Of a DNA stretch of 41,391 nucleotides, positions 1 through 8,755 are shown in pieces. Every line of letters begins with the position of its first letter. Within the stretch, counting starts at the first letter, position 1. This DNA is from a virus (lineage: Duplodnaviria > Caudoviricetes). The notes beneath the pieces are model-generated. The model was given only the letters and a program-made list of their open reading frames with translations, did not search any database and was not told the DNA's origin. The position numbers were made by a program, and so were the translations under genes. Location: positions 1 through 41,391 of the IMG/VR virus record IMGVR_UViG_3300049167_000122; one strand, given 5' to 3'.

Positions 1-53
1 TCCAGCTGCAGGTCGTTGTGCGGCAGGATTGAGAGGCCGATGAAATCTGCCAT
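1..53 (-). CDS. Baseplate wedge-like protein, N-terminus only (cut by window edge)
   Basis: ATG at 53 just after the spike gene stop; reads MADFIGLSILPHNDLQL; synteny. Confidence 0.5.
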   Translation of the reverse strand, partial: MADFIGLSILPHNDLQL

Positions 54-55
54 GA

Positions 56-760
56 TCAGGTGCCTTGGATACCGTCGAGGCGGGCGATCAGCGCTGTGGC
101 GGCCGCATGGGTGCCGCCGTCGACGGGCGCGCCCTCGTTCAGGTGGTTTTTGATAAGGACAAGAGCCTCGCGGATGATATTCATCAGGCTGTCGCCGTTG
201 GGCCCCTTGATGTCGACCTGGCCGGACGGCTTGACCGTCACTGCGTCCTTGCCATCGCCGCCGACGAGCGCCGTTGTGCCATCGGCGCGGACCTGCATGC
301 CCTTCTTGCCATCCGACTTGCCGTAATGGGCGCCGCCGGCCGGCATGTTGGTCGCGACCTTCGAATCCTCACCACCGCCGGGATAGGCAATGGCGTCGGA
401 CAGGTCGTGCATGCGACCCGGCGCGCCGTCGGCGTCTCCGCCCTCGGTCTGGCTCTTGTCCGTGTTGCGCTGGCGGAACGCGACGGTCACCGGATCGCCC
501 GCTTTCAGATCGTAGTGCGAGATGAACCCGCCGCCACCGGGCATCGCGATCTTGATCTCTTCAAGGACCGGCGCCTTCAGCGTCTTGTCGCCGAACTTGC
601 GCTCCAGGTTGACTTGAACTTCGCCTCGTTGCGTGGCGCGATCGTAGCTGACGATCTTGCCATCTGCCGTCGTGTTGATCTCCCGCCTCTCGGCCTCCGC
701 AATGGCGGCGAGCACCTCGAGCTCGGTCTTTCGCGTGGACGTGCCCTGAAACCCAGCCAC
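56..760 (-). CDS. Baseplate central spike (Gp138-like)
   Basis: GKIVSYD..LEEIKIAMPGGGGF..GDPVTVAF..RMHDLSDAIAYPG pattern; GTG at 760 overlaps the upstream TAG. Confidence 0.8.
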   Translation of the reverse strand: MAGFQGTSTRKTELEVLAAIAEAERREINTTADGKIVSYDRATQRGEVQVNLERKFGDKTLKAPVLEEIKIAMPGGGGFISHYDLKAGDPVTVAFRQRNTDKSQTEGGDADGAPGRMHDLSDAIAYPGGGEDSKVATNMPAGGAHYGKSDGKKGMQVRADGTTALVGGDGKDAVTVKPSGQVDIKGPNGDSLMNIIREALVLIKNHLNEGAPVDGGTHAAATALIARLDGIQGT

Positions 761-1626
761 TACTTCACGACCTTTTTGCCCTCGACGCGGTTGGCTTCGA
801 CCTCGACGTAGAACTCTTCGCCGCGATTGGTGCCGCTGAACGTGCACGATGAGACGCGGAACGTGCCGCCGCCCTCGTCGGATTTGCGCTTGTCGCGGCC
901 GCTCTCCTCATCGAGGAAGTCAGAGCGGACGTCGACCATCTTGCCCGGTGCGATGCCGGGGTTAAGCAAGCACTTCACCTTGCAGCCTTTATCGGTCACT
1001 TCTGGAATGCCGATGAGGCCACTTTCCTTTGAGATCACGGTGGTGCCTGAAAGCACCTCGTCGTTCTTGACCGCCTGGATCTCGTTATTTTGCGAGGACC
1101 AGTAGAAGCTGTGCTCGCGGCCGAGCTTATCGAGTTCGCGTGCGGCCCATCCGTAGACGCTGACCGGGCGCTTATAGGCCGGCAGGTCGTCCAGGCCCTT
1201 CATCTCGCCTTTGGTGACGCCCGGCATCTCGCCAACGAGATAGTCGATAATGGCCTTCGGCTTTGTGCCGGCCGGGAATGTCTTCGAAACTGCGCCCTTA
1301 CGGATTCCCTCGTCTCCGTCGCCGCACTCGATCTCCGACTTCACGTCGGCGCTCTCTTTCGTGTGTGTGGCGTCCCGGATCGACCCTTTGAAGATCGTGG
1401 CGATCGGGCCGCCCTCATAGCCGGCCTCTAGTTCGATTCGGTCGTATTCCTCGCCCAGCTGCTTGCGGTGGCTCTTGGTCAGGTTCCAGATCGAGATCGT
1501 CGCCTCGTTCTGCTTCGAGCCGATCGTTTTGGTGACGGAGAACTCGATCTTGAGCTTGTCGACGGTGAGTGAGCCAGCCTTGCCCGACACCTTCACGCGC
1601 ACAACCCTCTTCCACTGCCGGGTCAC
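760..1626 (-). CDS. Baseplate hub protein
   Basis: 288 aa; ISIWNL, ELEAGY, IECGDG, SGLIGIP, CLLNP motifs; synteny. Confidence 0.8.
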   Translation of the reverse strand: MTRQWKRVVRVKVSGKAGSLTVDKLKIEFSVTKTIGSKQNEATISIWNLTKSHRKQLGEEYDRIELEAGYEGGPIATIFKGSIRDATHTKESADVKSEIECGDGDEGIRKGAVSKTFPAGTKPKAIIDYLVGEMPGVTKGEMKGLDDLPAYKRPVSVYGWAARELDKLGREHSFYWSSQNNEIQAVKNDEVLSGTTVISKESGLIGIPEVTDKGCKVKCLLNPGIAPGKMVDVRSDFLDEESGRDKRKSDEGGGTFRVSSCTFSGTNRGEEFYVEVEANRVEGKKVVK

Positions 1627-1946
1627 GCGGCGACCTCAAGCGGATCGTAGTGGAAAAGTCGAACCCTGCCAGATGGCAGCTGCATGCGGCCCGGAATGGC
1701 AGGCTCCTCGCCCCAGGGCGCGGCCACGAGGCTGCCGATGCCGAGATCGAAGGGCCTGATCAGATCCACGCCGCAGACGATGCGCCGGCCCGTCAGCACC
1801 CGCACGCCCTCGATATCGAGGTGAAAGGTCCAGCGATCGGCCCAGGTGGAATAGTTCACCACGAAGTCGCACCGCCGGCCCGACAGCGTCGTCGTGAACG
1901 ACTGCGATGGCGCGTCGATGATCGGGAGTTCTCGGAATATGGGCAT
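1623..1946 (-). CDS. Baseplate plug-like protein
   Basis: 107 aa, coupled to both neighbours; QSFTTTL..YSTWADRW..GRRIVCGVDLI. Confidence 0.7.
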   Translation of the reverse strand: MPIFRELPIIDAPSQSFTTTLSGRRCDFVVNYSTWADRWTFHLDIEGVRVLTGRRIVCGVDLIRPFDLGIGSLVAAPWGEEPAIPGRMQLPSGRVRLFHYDPLEVAA

Positions 1947-2452
1947 CAGCGCACCGCGTCGCTCAGCGTTGAAGAGGTTCGCGCCGGAAGATCTGCTTCG
2001 CGCGCCGCGACCTGGCCTCGCGCAGTCGTCGACTTGGCTTTGTCGCTATCCGATGAGCCTGCGTTGCCATTGCCGCCGCCGCTCTGCGTATTGACGATGA
2101 TGACTTCCTGAAGCTCGCATTCGAACTTCAGGACGCGAGAGTGCTCTTTGTCCCGCGTCACGCCGATCCTCCTGATCAGCATGTCGGAATATACCTTTAG
2201 GCCAGTGACCACCGAAAACGGCTCGGCTTTCTCCTGCACCGACAAAAGCTGCTCATAGGCTGAAACGGAGCGCGAGCTTTCGACAACGCCTTCCAGCGTC
2301 ACCTTGCGAGGTAGTCGCCATGCATGGTCGCTGATCTTGGCCCCGCTCTCGACGGGGTGCTCGGCGATCTCCATCTCGGATTCGTGCTCCTCGCTCAGCA
2401 CCACGTCGACGAAGACGCCGCCGATGGAGCGGCTGACGAGAATGCAGCTCAC
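1946..2452 (-). CDS. Baseplate/tail-tube initiator (Dit-like) protein
   Basis: SEEHESEMEIAEHPVESGAKISDHA motif; downstream of tape measure. Confidence 0.8.
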   Translation of the reverse strand: MSCILVSRSIGGVFVDVVLSEEHESEMEIAEHPVESGAKISDHAWRLPRKVTLEGVVESSRSVSAYEQLLSVQEKAEPFSVVTGLKVYSDMLIRRIGVTRDKEHSRVLKFECELQEVIIVNTQSGGGNGNAGSSDSDKAKSTTARGQVAAREADLPARTSSTLSDAVR

Positions 2453-2637
2453 GGTGCAGCGATCTCGATCGTGGTTTCGACGCGGCTGTCACCTATCGAC
2501 ACATCAAACCGAACCATGCGGACGCGGTCAGCGAAGCGCTCGATGACGCTTCCGGGCGTAAGGGCGTCGATACCGGAGCAAGCATTCACCGACACGTTGA
2601 CCGTGACTTTGCGCTCGTCTTGGATGGTGTCGCTCAT
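2449..2637 (-). CDS. Small hypothetical protein
   Basis: 62 aa, 4-bp overlaps with both neighbours. Confidence 0.55.
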   Translation of the reverse strand: MSDTIQDERKVTVNVSVNACSGIDALTPGSVIERFADRVRMVRFDVSIGDSRVETTIEIAAP

Positions 2638-4622
2638 GGCGCTGTTCCTCCGGCCGTAGCCGTGCTCATGCCGATGTTGGCCGCCGCCGCGCGGACGCCC
2701 TTGGCCGCAGCGCTGGCTACCTCTCCCAAACCGCTCGCCGCGACATGCACAGAGAAAGTCATGTTGCGCTGGTCGTTGCCGAAGTCGGAGCGGTTATCGT
2801 TGTGGGTTTCGCTCACCGCCCGATCCTGCGCGATCTTTTGAGTTTGAACTTCCGGCGCCATCTCCGCGCGCTTGGCGAAAAGCGACTGCAACGTCCCGAT
2901 CAGCCCGTCGAAGAGACCCGGCTGCACAGTGACCTTGGCGGGCGTGGTGTCCTTGTCGCGCGCGACGAGCGGCTTGTTGCGCCGATCCTCGACGTTCTCA
3001 GACTGCCGATATCCCTGCGTCAGGCGGGGCTCAGGCTTCGACAGGGGCGACTTGACCGGCTCCCCAGGCTCTCCTGGAACACCGGGTAGGCCGGGTTTAC
3101 CAGGCTCGGCCGGGGCGGCAGGCAGGCCTGGCTTGCCGGGATCTCCTGGCTTCCCAAGAAGGCCCGGTTCGGCAGGAGAGCCCTGAGTTGCCTGCCGGCG
3201 TTCCCATTCGGCGTAGCCGGGGTTCTGGCGACGGTATTGCTCCTGCTCGGCCGAAGGCTTTGCATCGACAAAAGGCTTTGTATTGGCAAACTGTTGATCC
3301 CGCTCGGCCTGAGCTGTGGCCTTGCGCTGGGCCTGCTCTTTTGGAGAGATATCTTTGAGTCCGAGGGCCTCTTTCACCTTGTCGATCAGCTGCTCCACCG
3401 ATGCGCGCGCGGTGTCCGCCGCAGTCGCGATGCTGTTGAACAAGTCGTTGAGAACCGTGTCGCCGCCGGCTTTCCATGTCCGGAACTTGTCGATGGCGAA
3501 CAACAGACCAGTGATCGAGGCCGAGATTGTTACCAGAGGGCCAGCCGCGAGGACGAGCGCGGCGCCGCCAAGCCAGAGCAGCCCCTTCGCGATCATGCTG
3601 AGCTTGCCACCGGCCGCGTCGTCTAGGCGTCCGAGCGCGCTACCGATGCTCGAAAGCGCCTCGCCAACGGTCGTCAGCACTGCCCAGCCACCGCCGACGA
3701 CGCTTTTGCTGAAGTCGGCTAGACTGATGGCGAACTGCCGGACCTTCTCCCGGTTCGCGTCGTTGGCGACCGCCATGATGGCGTTACCAAGATCACGGAA
3801 GTTCGCCGCAAACGACGTCATCAGGCCGGACCCGAAGGAGTCCGTGAAGCCCTTCATGACGCCCTGGAATTTGCTGACCGCGTCCGTGATATCCTGGCTG
3901 TTCAGGATATCGAAGCCTTCAATTTTGCCGCCGCTCTTGCGAGCTTCTTTCACCAGCTCCTTGTATTTCTCGAAGGCGCTGACCGACTGGAGCAGCGAAG
4001 CCAGGAACTCGTCGGGAGCGCCAGGCAATGCCTCTTTGAGGAATTCGCGCTTTTTGTCGGCGTCCTTGATCTTGTCTGCCGCCTTGAGCACATCGTCGAG
4101 GACGACACTGTAGGCTTTGACGCCCTTCTTGCCCTTCGTGAGGGTCACGCCCTGCTTCTTCAGGGTGTCAGCGAAGTCACCGCCGTCTTTTGCCCCTTCT
4201 CGGACTTTTTCAACGAACTCGCTGAGGAATTTGCGGGCGTCCTTCGTTGAGGCTCCGACGCGGCCCATCAGGTTTTCGATCAGCCCGAGCTCGGCCACCG
4301 GCACGCCACTGACGAAGGCCGAGTCGATCGTGGCCTTTCGAGCTTTGGCGAAGCCAATCGCCATCGCGGCGAGAGCCGCTGTGACCGCGCCTGCCGCCGC
4401 CGTAATGACGGCCGAGCTGGCGACGAACGAAGCACCAAAGCCCGCGGCGGCAATGGACGTACGCGCAAGAATTCCGGCGACTCGCCCCAGGCGAGAAGCG
4501 ACGGCGGCCGCGAATGCGGCGATTGCCTTCTGCAGGCGCTTGAAGACTTCTACCGCCTTGCGAACCTTCTCAAGGCCTTGCACCTTGAAGGCAATGAGTG
4601 CGACGAGTTCTTCAAGCGTCAT
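2634..4622 (-). CDS. Tape measure protein with collagen-like segment
   Basis: 662 aa, Ala-rich and helical with a hydrophobic stretch; downstream of tail chaperones. Confidence 0.85.
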   Translation of the reverse strand: MTLEELVALIAFKVQGLEKVRKAVEVFKRLQKAIAAFAAAVASRLGRVAGILARTSIAAAGFGASFVASSAVITAAAGAVTAALAAMAIGFAKARKATIDSAFVSGVPVAELGLIENLMGRVGASTKDARKFLSEFVEKVREGAKDGGDFADTLKKQGVTLTKGKKGVKAYSVVLDDVLKAADKIKDADKKREFLKEALPGAPDEFLASLLQSVSAFEKYKELVKEARKSGGKIEGFDILNSQDITDAVSKFQGVMKGFTDSFGSGLMTSFAANFRDLGNAIMAVANDANREKVRQFAISLADFSKSVVGGGWAVLTTVGEALSSIGSALGRLDDAAGGKLSMIAKGLLWLGGAALVLAAGPLVTISASITGLLFAIDKFRTWKAGGDTVLNDLFNSIATAADTARASVEQLIDKVKEALGLKDISPKEQAQRKATAQAERDQQFANTKPFVDAKPSAEQEQYRRQNPGYAEWERRQATQGSPAEPGLLGKPGDPGKPGLPAAPAEPGKPGLPGVPGEPGEPVKSPLSKPEPRLTQGYRQSENVEDRRNKPLVARDKDTTPAKVTVQPGLFDGLIGTLQSLFAKRAEMAPEVQTQKIAQDRAVSETHNDNRSDFGNDQRNMTFSVHVAASGLGEVASAAAKGVRAAAANIGMSTATAGGTAP
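3055..3183 (-). repeat. Gly-X-Pro coding repeat in tape measure
   Basis: GSPAEPGLLGKPGDPGKPGLPAAPAEPGKPGLPGVPGEPGEP. Confidence 0.85.
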
Positions 4623-4634
4623 GGGAGATCCGAA

Positions 4635-4961
4635 ATGCGATTTGTGGCTGTCGCGGTAGTTGCGCTAACCCTGATGGGGTTCACGAAGGCCGACGCCGAA
4701 AAATCCCTCAACGGAAAATGGGCCGGCCGTTCCAATGACATCTCAATCGTGATCAACCGCACGATGAATTACGGCTTCGTCTATCGAGGCGGCCAAATCA
4801 TCGAGGGAGAGTTAGCAATATCTGAGCCTGTGGCGCGTGCGGTCATCGTGAAAATCGGGCAGAACAGCTACGTAGTCCACATTCACGAAAGCGGCGATAC
4901 GATTGGTTTCTCTAATCTTGGCGAGAAACTGTCGTGGACGCTACGTCGCGTCGAAGAGTAA
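4635..4961 (+). CDS. Exported hypothetical protein (moron)
   Basis: ATG 4635 after GGGAGA; signal peptide MRFVAVAVVALTLMGFTKADA; AT-richer; antisense to late operon. Confidence 0.75.
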   Translation: MRFVAVAVVALTLMGFTKADAEKSLNGKWAGRSNDISIVINRTMNYGFVYRGGQIIEGELAISEPVARAVIVKIGQNSYVVHIHESGDTIGFSNLGEKLSWTLRRVEE

Positions 4962-4981
4962 CTAGCTTTAAAGATGCCTGC

Positions 4982-5251
4982 CTACCGCCCCGCCTGCCGC
5001 TCGCGCTGCTCCTGAGCCTTGGCCGCGAGAGCTTCTTTTAGGTCCAGGACCTCATGCAAGTCGGCGACATCGTCGATCGTGAACCGAGTTCGGACATCAT
5101 CGATCGAGCAGAGCGGTGGTTCGGCGAGAACCGGCCGTAGCAACCACATTCGGTCAGCGATGTTGGGCGCGATGCGCTCGACCTCACCTTTCCTCAGCCC
5201 TGCGCCATTGCCCTGCGGACCAGCGGCTTGACCGTGCTTCCGCCCAAAAAA
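4982..5251 (-). CDS. Tail assembly chaperone frameshift extension (gpT-like)
   Basis: Open in the -1 frame from the slippery site; WLLRPVL..FTIDDVADLHEVLDLKE. Confidence 0.7.
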   Translation of the reverse strand, partial: FFGRKHGQAAGPQGNGAGLRKGEVERIAPNIADRMWLLRPVLAEPPLCSIDDVRTRFTIDDVADLHEVLDLKEALAAKAQEQRERQAGR

Positions 5252-5592
5252 TCCTTGAATTGAACCTCCAGAACCCACCATGCGACCTGGAAGACGTCGC
5301 CGAGTTCCTGCGGGTCGACGCCGAACACCGCCGGCTGCCCATTGCACTGGCACATGCTGATGAGATCCCGGACGTAAGAAATGGCCTCATCCTCATCGAG
5401 CTTGCCGACGAACTCCGCGATGGCCGCGACAGACATGCTCTCGGCCTTCGCTTTATCCGTCTCGCCCAATGCGGACAGAACTTTGCTGGCGGGCCCGAAC
5501 ATCTTGGTCGTGCGGAGCAGAAGGCGCATGGCACCCTCGGCATCGAGCTTCTGAACGCGGAATGTGTCTGACCCGAAACGTTTCTCAGCCAT
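5194..5592 (-). CDS. Tail assembly chaperone (gpG-like)
   Basis: 132 aa between tube and tape measure; ends VLEVQFKDFLG. Confidence 0.8.
   Translation of the reverse strand: MAEKRFGSDTFRVQKLDAEGAMRLLLRTTKMFGPASKVLSALGETDKAKAESMSVAAIAEFVGKLDEDEAISYVRDLISMCQCNGQPAVFGVDPQELGDVFQVAWWVLEVQFKDFLGGSTVKPLVRRAMAQG
5245..5251 (-). other. Programmed -1 frameshift site T TTT TTG
   Basis: GAT TTT TTG in frame with the chaperone; -1 frame open to 4982. Confidence 0.75.
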
Positions 5593-5601
5593 ATAATCCT
5601 C

Positions 5602-5784
5602 TTATCGCGCGCGGCGCGGCTTTGGTTTTCGATCGCGAATAGCCTGCAAGCGGGATTCGCGGCGCAGACGGCTCAGCTTCTGCAGTTGATTGTCGGAGCG
5701 CAGTTCGAACTGCTGGTAAGCGCCTTCGGCAACATCCCACACGTCAGCAGCGATCTGCTTGATGTCAGCGTCTGTGAGCGTCAT
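5602..5784 (-). CDS. Small hypothetical protein
   Basis: 60 aa, basic C-terminus, ATGA overlap with upstream ORF. Confidence 0.6.
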   Translation of the reverse strand: MTLTDADIKQIAADVWDVAEGAYQQFELRSDNQLQKLSRLRRESRLQAIRDRKPKPRRAR

Positions 5785-5930
5785 CGGGCCAACTTCTCCG
5801 CCACCTTCGCTTTGATTTCCGCGATCACCTGCGCCGCCGAGACGCGGGCGCCGGCGATGTCACCGGACGCCGCCGCCTTGACCGCCTTGCCTGCGGCCTG
5901 GCGCGCGGCGGCGCATCTTGAGCAGGCCAT
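5781..5930 (-). CDS. Small hypothetical protein (MACSRC...)
   Basis: 49 aa from ATG 5930; CxxC then Ala/Lys helix; coupled to the next ORF. Confidence 0.55.
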   Translation of the reverse strand: MACSRCAAARQAAGKAVKAAASGDIAGARVSAAQVIAEIKAKVAEKLAR

Positions 5931-6019
5931 GGGTGTATCCGGGATGGGGAGCTTGAGAATCCCGTTGCACAGCGAGCGCGCGTGGGCTCTGCTGTCGGGA
6001 TTGGGCCAGGGGCGACACC

Positions 6020-6274
6020 GTGAAGACACCGGCGACGATGGAAGAGAAGATCCTGGCGGCGATCGAGGCGTTGGGGAAACGCCAGTCGGCCCTTGAGATC
6101 AGCATGAACGAGCTGATCACCGGGCATATGGAGAACGCCGCGTTGATCGAGGCGTTGATTGAGGCGGTGAGGCAGGCACCGCAGGCTATGATGGGCGGGC
6201 TAAAAGTGAACGCGCCGCCCGATCTGGACCTGACTTCATGGCTCGAAGAGCAGAAGAAAAAGGACGAGGGCTAA
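6020..6274 (+). CDS. Hypothetical coiled-coil protein (antisense moron)
   Basis: Protein-like helical sequence; stop overlaps the tube gene stop; start at 6020 or 6038. Confidence 0.6.
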   Translation: MKTPATMEEKILAAIEALGKRQSALEISMNELITGHMENAALIEALIEAVRQAPQAMMGGLKVNAPPDLDLTSWLEEQKKKDEG

Positions 6275-6723
6275 GCCACCGCGTTGTAAACGACGTCGTT
6301 CGGCTGCCAGCAGGAACAGAAGATCGTCCATTCACGCTCGCTGGCGGCGGCTCCGTAGCTGATGCTCGGTTCCTTGATGACGAGAGCGGCAGAGCAGCCG
6401 CCTCCCTCGCCGGTGCTGGTGTCGAGGATGCCGATCGTGATCAGCCGCGGGCTGCCCATCCTGGTCGCTTTCACACGATCGGAGAGATAGCTGTTCATCG
6501 CCGAATTGGGCTGCAGCTTGAGGATGACCTGAGCGGTCTGGTCCGATGAGATTGAAACGACGGACGCGCCGTCGGCGCCGGTCAGGGGCGTGCCCAGATC
6601 GGTCGGTCGCTCGATGACGACGACATCGTCACCTTCCCAAAGGCCGCGGACGTCCCGACCATCGATCGTGACGGCCAGGTTGGCATAGGCATAGACGGTC
6701 AGCGCAGGGCAGTTAATCGCCAT
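6271..6723 (-). CDS. Tail tube protein (DUF3277-like)
   Basis: TIDG..GADG..LQPNSAMNSYL..REWTI; follows sheath. Confidence 0.85.
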   Translation of the reverse strand: MAINCPALTVYAYANLAVTIDGRDVRGLWEGDDVVVIERPTDLGTPLTGADGASVVSISSDQTAQVILKLQPNSAMNSYLSDRVKATRMGSPRLITIGILDTSTGEGGGCSAALVIKEPSISYGAAASEREWTIFCSCWQPNDVVYNAVA

Positions 6724-6754
6724 GATGAGGCTCCAAAAGTGAGGGCGATAGAGG

Positions 6755-8179
6755 TCAGAACCTCATTACGATGGAAGCAGAAGCGTAGTGGATCGCGCCT
6801 GCGTAGCGGAAGTCGACGCGGATATCGGGAGCGATCCGGTTGCGCCGCTGCGCCGCCGGGATGTTCTCGACGCGGTCGACCGAGATCATGAACTCGGGGA
6901 GGATTTCACCGGCAGTGTCGCCGAAGGTGGCCGCAACCAGACCGGCCGCAACGGCCCTGTTCATGACACCGCGCGCTGTGTTGCACAGGATGCCGACGCC
7001 AGGGTTGTCATAGGAGATGCGCGGGTTGTTCGCGAGCGTGGACAGCAGAGCCTCGCGCATGCGAGCGACGATCCAGTCCGAAGCGTGGATTTCGTCGATG
7101 AAGGCGCGCGAGCCAACTGTGCCCTCGACCACCATGGGGAGACCGCCGACGTCAACGTAAGCGTTCGCCGCGTGGCCCTGGGCGGCGTCGACTCCGAGCC
7201 CAGGAATGAACCCGGTGATCGCCTGGACGGCAGCCGATCCCTTGTTGAGGACGGTGATGCCGGCAAGGCGCTTGAATTTTGCAGTGTAAGCGTTGCCCGA
7301 GTTCAGATCGCCGCGCTGCGCCGCCTGCAGGTTGCCGCGGTCGAGGTCGCGGGTCGCGCAATAGGCCAGCAGCGCCAGGGCCGGGTAGAGGCCTGCGTCG
7401 GTGTGGTAAAAGACGAAGCTGCGGTCGTAGGCCTTGCTCTCGATGTACTCTGCGATCGAGCCGCCATACTGCGGGTTCGTGGCGGTGTGCACGCCGCTCT
7501 GGGAGCCGGTGGTGACGATCGCCGAGCCGCCAGGCGTCGCCGCCAGCTGCAGGGTGTTTGTGGCGACAGCGAGCGCGTAATAGGTCACGCCCGCGGTCAG
7601 GCCCGTCGGCAGCGTCCCAGTGGTCGTGAGGACGACGGGATCGGCATTCGCCAGGGTGTGCCCGGTCCAGGTAACGACGCCGGGCGATGCAATCGAGATC
7701 GTGACGGTCGCCGTCTTGTCCGCAACGGCCGTCGGCGTCTCGGTCGAGACGTCGTTGCTGTCGAGGCCCATCAGCACCGAATGGCTCTCCGCCCAGTCGG
7801 CGGCGAGCTGCTGGTTCAGCGTGTCGCGAATCTCAGCGGTGAAACCGACCCAGTAGAAATCAGGGTCAGCCGCATAGATCGCGTTGAGCTCCGCGGTGAT
7901 CGGGTTGGCGATGTCACGGAAGCCGATCTTGATCTGCCGCGGGCGCGGGTTCTGCGCGAACATCGCGGCAGCGGCGACATAGGCCGCGTCTGCGCTGTCG
8001 AAGTCGGCGCCAACCTCTGTGATGCTGCCATAGACCTTGGTGCGATTGCTCGCATCGAGCACGCCGGCGATCTCCTCGGGCTGGACGATCAGCGCCACGG
8101 AGAAGCCAGTCGCGGTCGCGAAACGATCCTGACGGGTCAGAGAAACGTCAACGACCCTGCTGTAAGGCAATCTTGCCAT
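6755..8179 (-). CDS. Tail sheath protein (DUF3383-like)
   Basis: FAQNPRP, YTAKFKRLAGI, FIDEIHASDW, YAGAIH motifs. Confidence 0.9.
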   Translation of the reverse strand: MARLPYSRVVDVSLTRQDRFATATGFSVALIVQPEEIAGVLDASNRTKVYGSITEVGADFDSADAAYVAAAAMFAQNPRPRQIKIGFRDIANPITAELNAIYAADPDFYWVGFTAEIRDTLNQQLAADWAESHSVLMGLDSNDVSTETPTAVADKTATVTISIASPGVVTWTGHTLANADPVVLTTTGTLPTGLTAGVTYYALAVATNTLQLAATPGGSAIVTTGSQSGVHTATNPQYGGSIAEYIESKAYDRSFVFYHTDAGLYPALALLAYCATRDLDRGNLQAAQRGDLNSGNAYTAKFKRLAGITVLNKGSAAVQAITGFIPGLGVDAAQGHAANAYVDVGGLPMVVEGTVGSRAFIDEIHASDWIVARMREALLSTLANNPRISYDNPGVGILCNTARGVMNRAVAAGLVAATFGDTAGEILPEFMISVDRVENIPAAQRRNRIAPDIRVDFRYAGAIHYASASIVMRF

Positions 8180-8188
8180 TTGGCGCTC

Positions 8189-8755
8189 CTAGGTTTTCTG
8201 GAAGGTGAAGCCAGCCACGACGGTTGAACCGCCCTCGCCGCTTGTGATGATCTCGCCGGTCTCGATCACGTCGACCAGGAGCGGTTCTGTTGCGACAGCA
8301 GCGAGAGCTACGTCGAAGGAAGCTCGGCCTTCCCATTCAGCCTGGACAAGTGCCGGAACGCGCTGGACCGGCCTGACGTCGCGGACGACGAGCGGGGCCA
8401 TCCAGACGGAGGACTCTCGCGAGCGGAGCCCGGCGGAAAAGAGCCGGCACCAATCGATCGGCCTGGAGGCATAGACGTTGATCTTGAAGAGCCACTCGAC
8501 GCCGCGGGACTTGCAGAGGACAACGCGGTCCTCTCCTGCGATCTCGATCTCGCTGTAGCTCTCGTCGTCGAATTCGGTCAGATCGCGGTCGGCTACGAAG
8601 TCGACCGTGGCATAGGCGCCTAGAGGTCGGGGCATTTCCTGGAAGCTGAGCCAGACCCCGGCAAGATGTTCGCGGCTCGGGTCGATCAAAACCGCGTTGG
8701 CCGCCAGCATCTCAAGATAATCGCAGAGGGCTTTAGACGCGCCGTCCTCGGTCAT
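8189..8755 (-). CDS. Neck/tail terminator protein
   Basis: Immediately upstream of sheath; WEGRASFDV; likely start MTEDG. Confidence 0.7.
   Translation of the reverse strand: MTEDGASKALCDYLEMLAANAVLIDPSREHLAGVWLSFQEMPRPLGAYATVDFVADRDLTEFDDESYSEIEIAGEDRVVLCKSRGVEWLFKINVYASRPIDWCRLFSAGLRSRESSVWMAPLVVRDVRPVQRVPALVQAEWEGRASFDVALAAVATEPLLVDVIETGEIITSGEGGSTVVAGFTFQKT

Noticed and set aside
2872-3186. Plus-strand ORF with GSPGSPGTPGRPGLPG collagen-like repeat
   Set aside because: Gly/Pro codons (GGN/CCN) mirror on the opposite strand; shadow of the tape measure repeat
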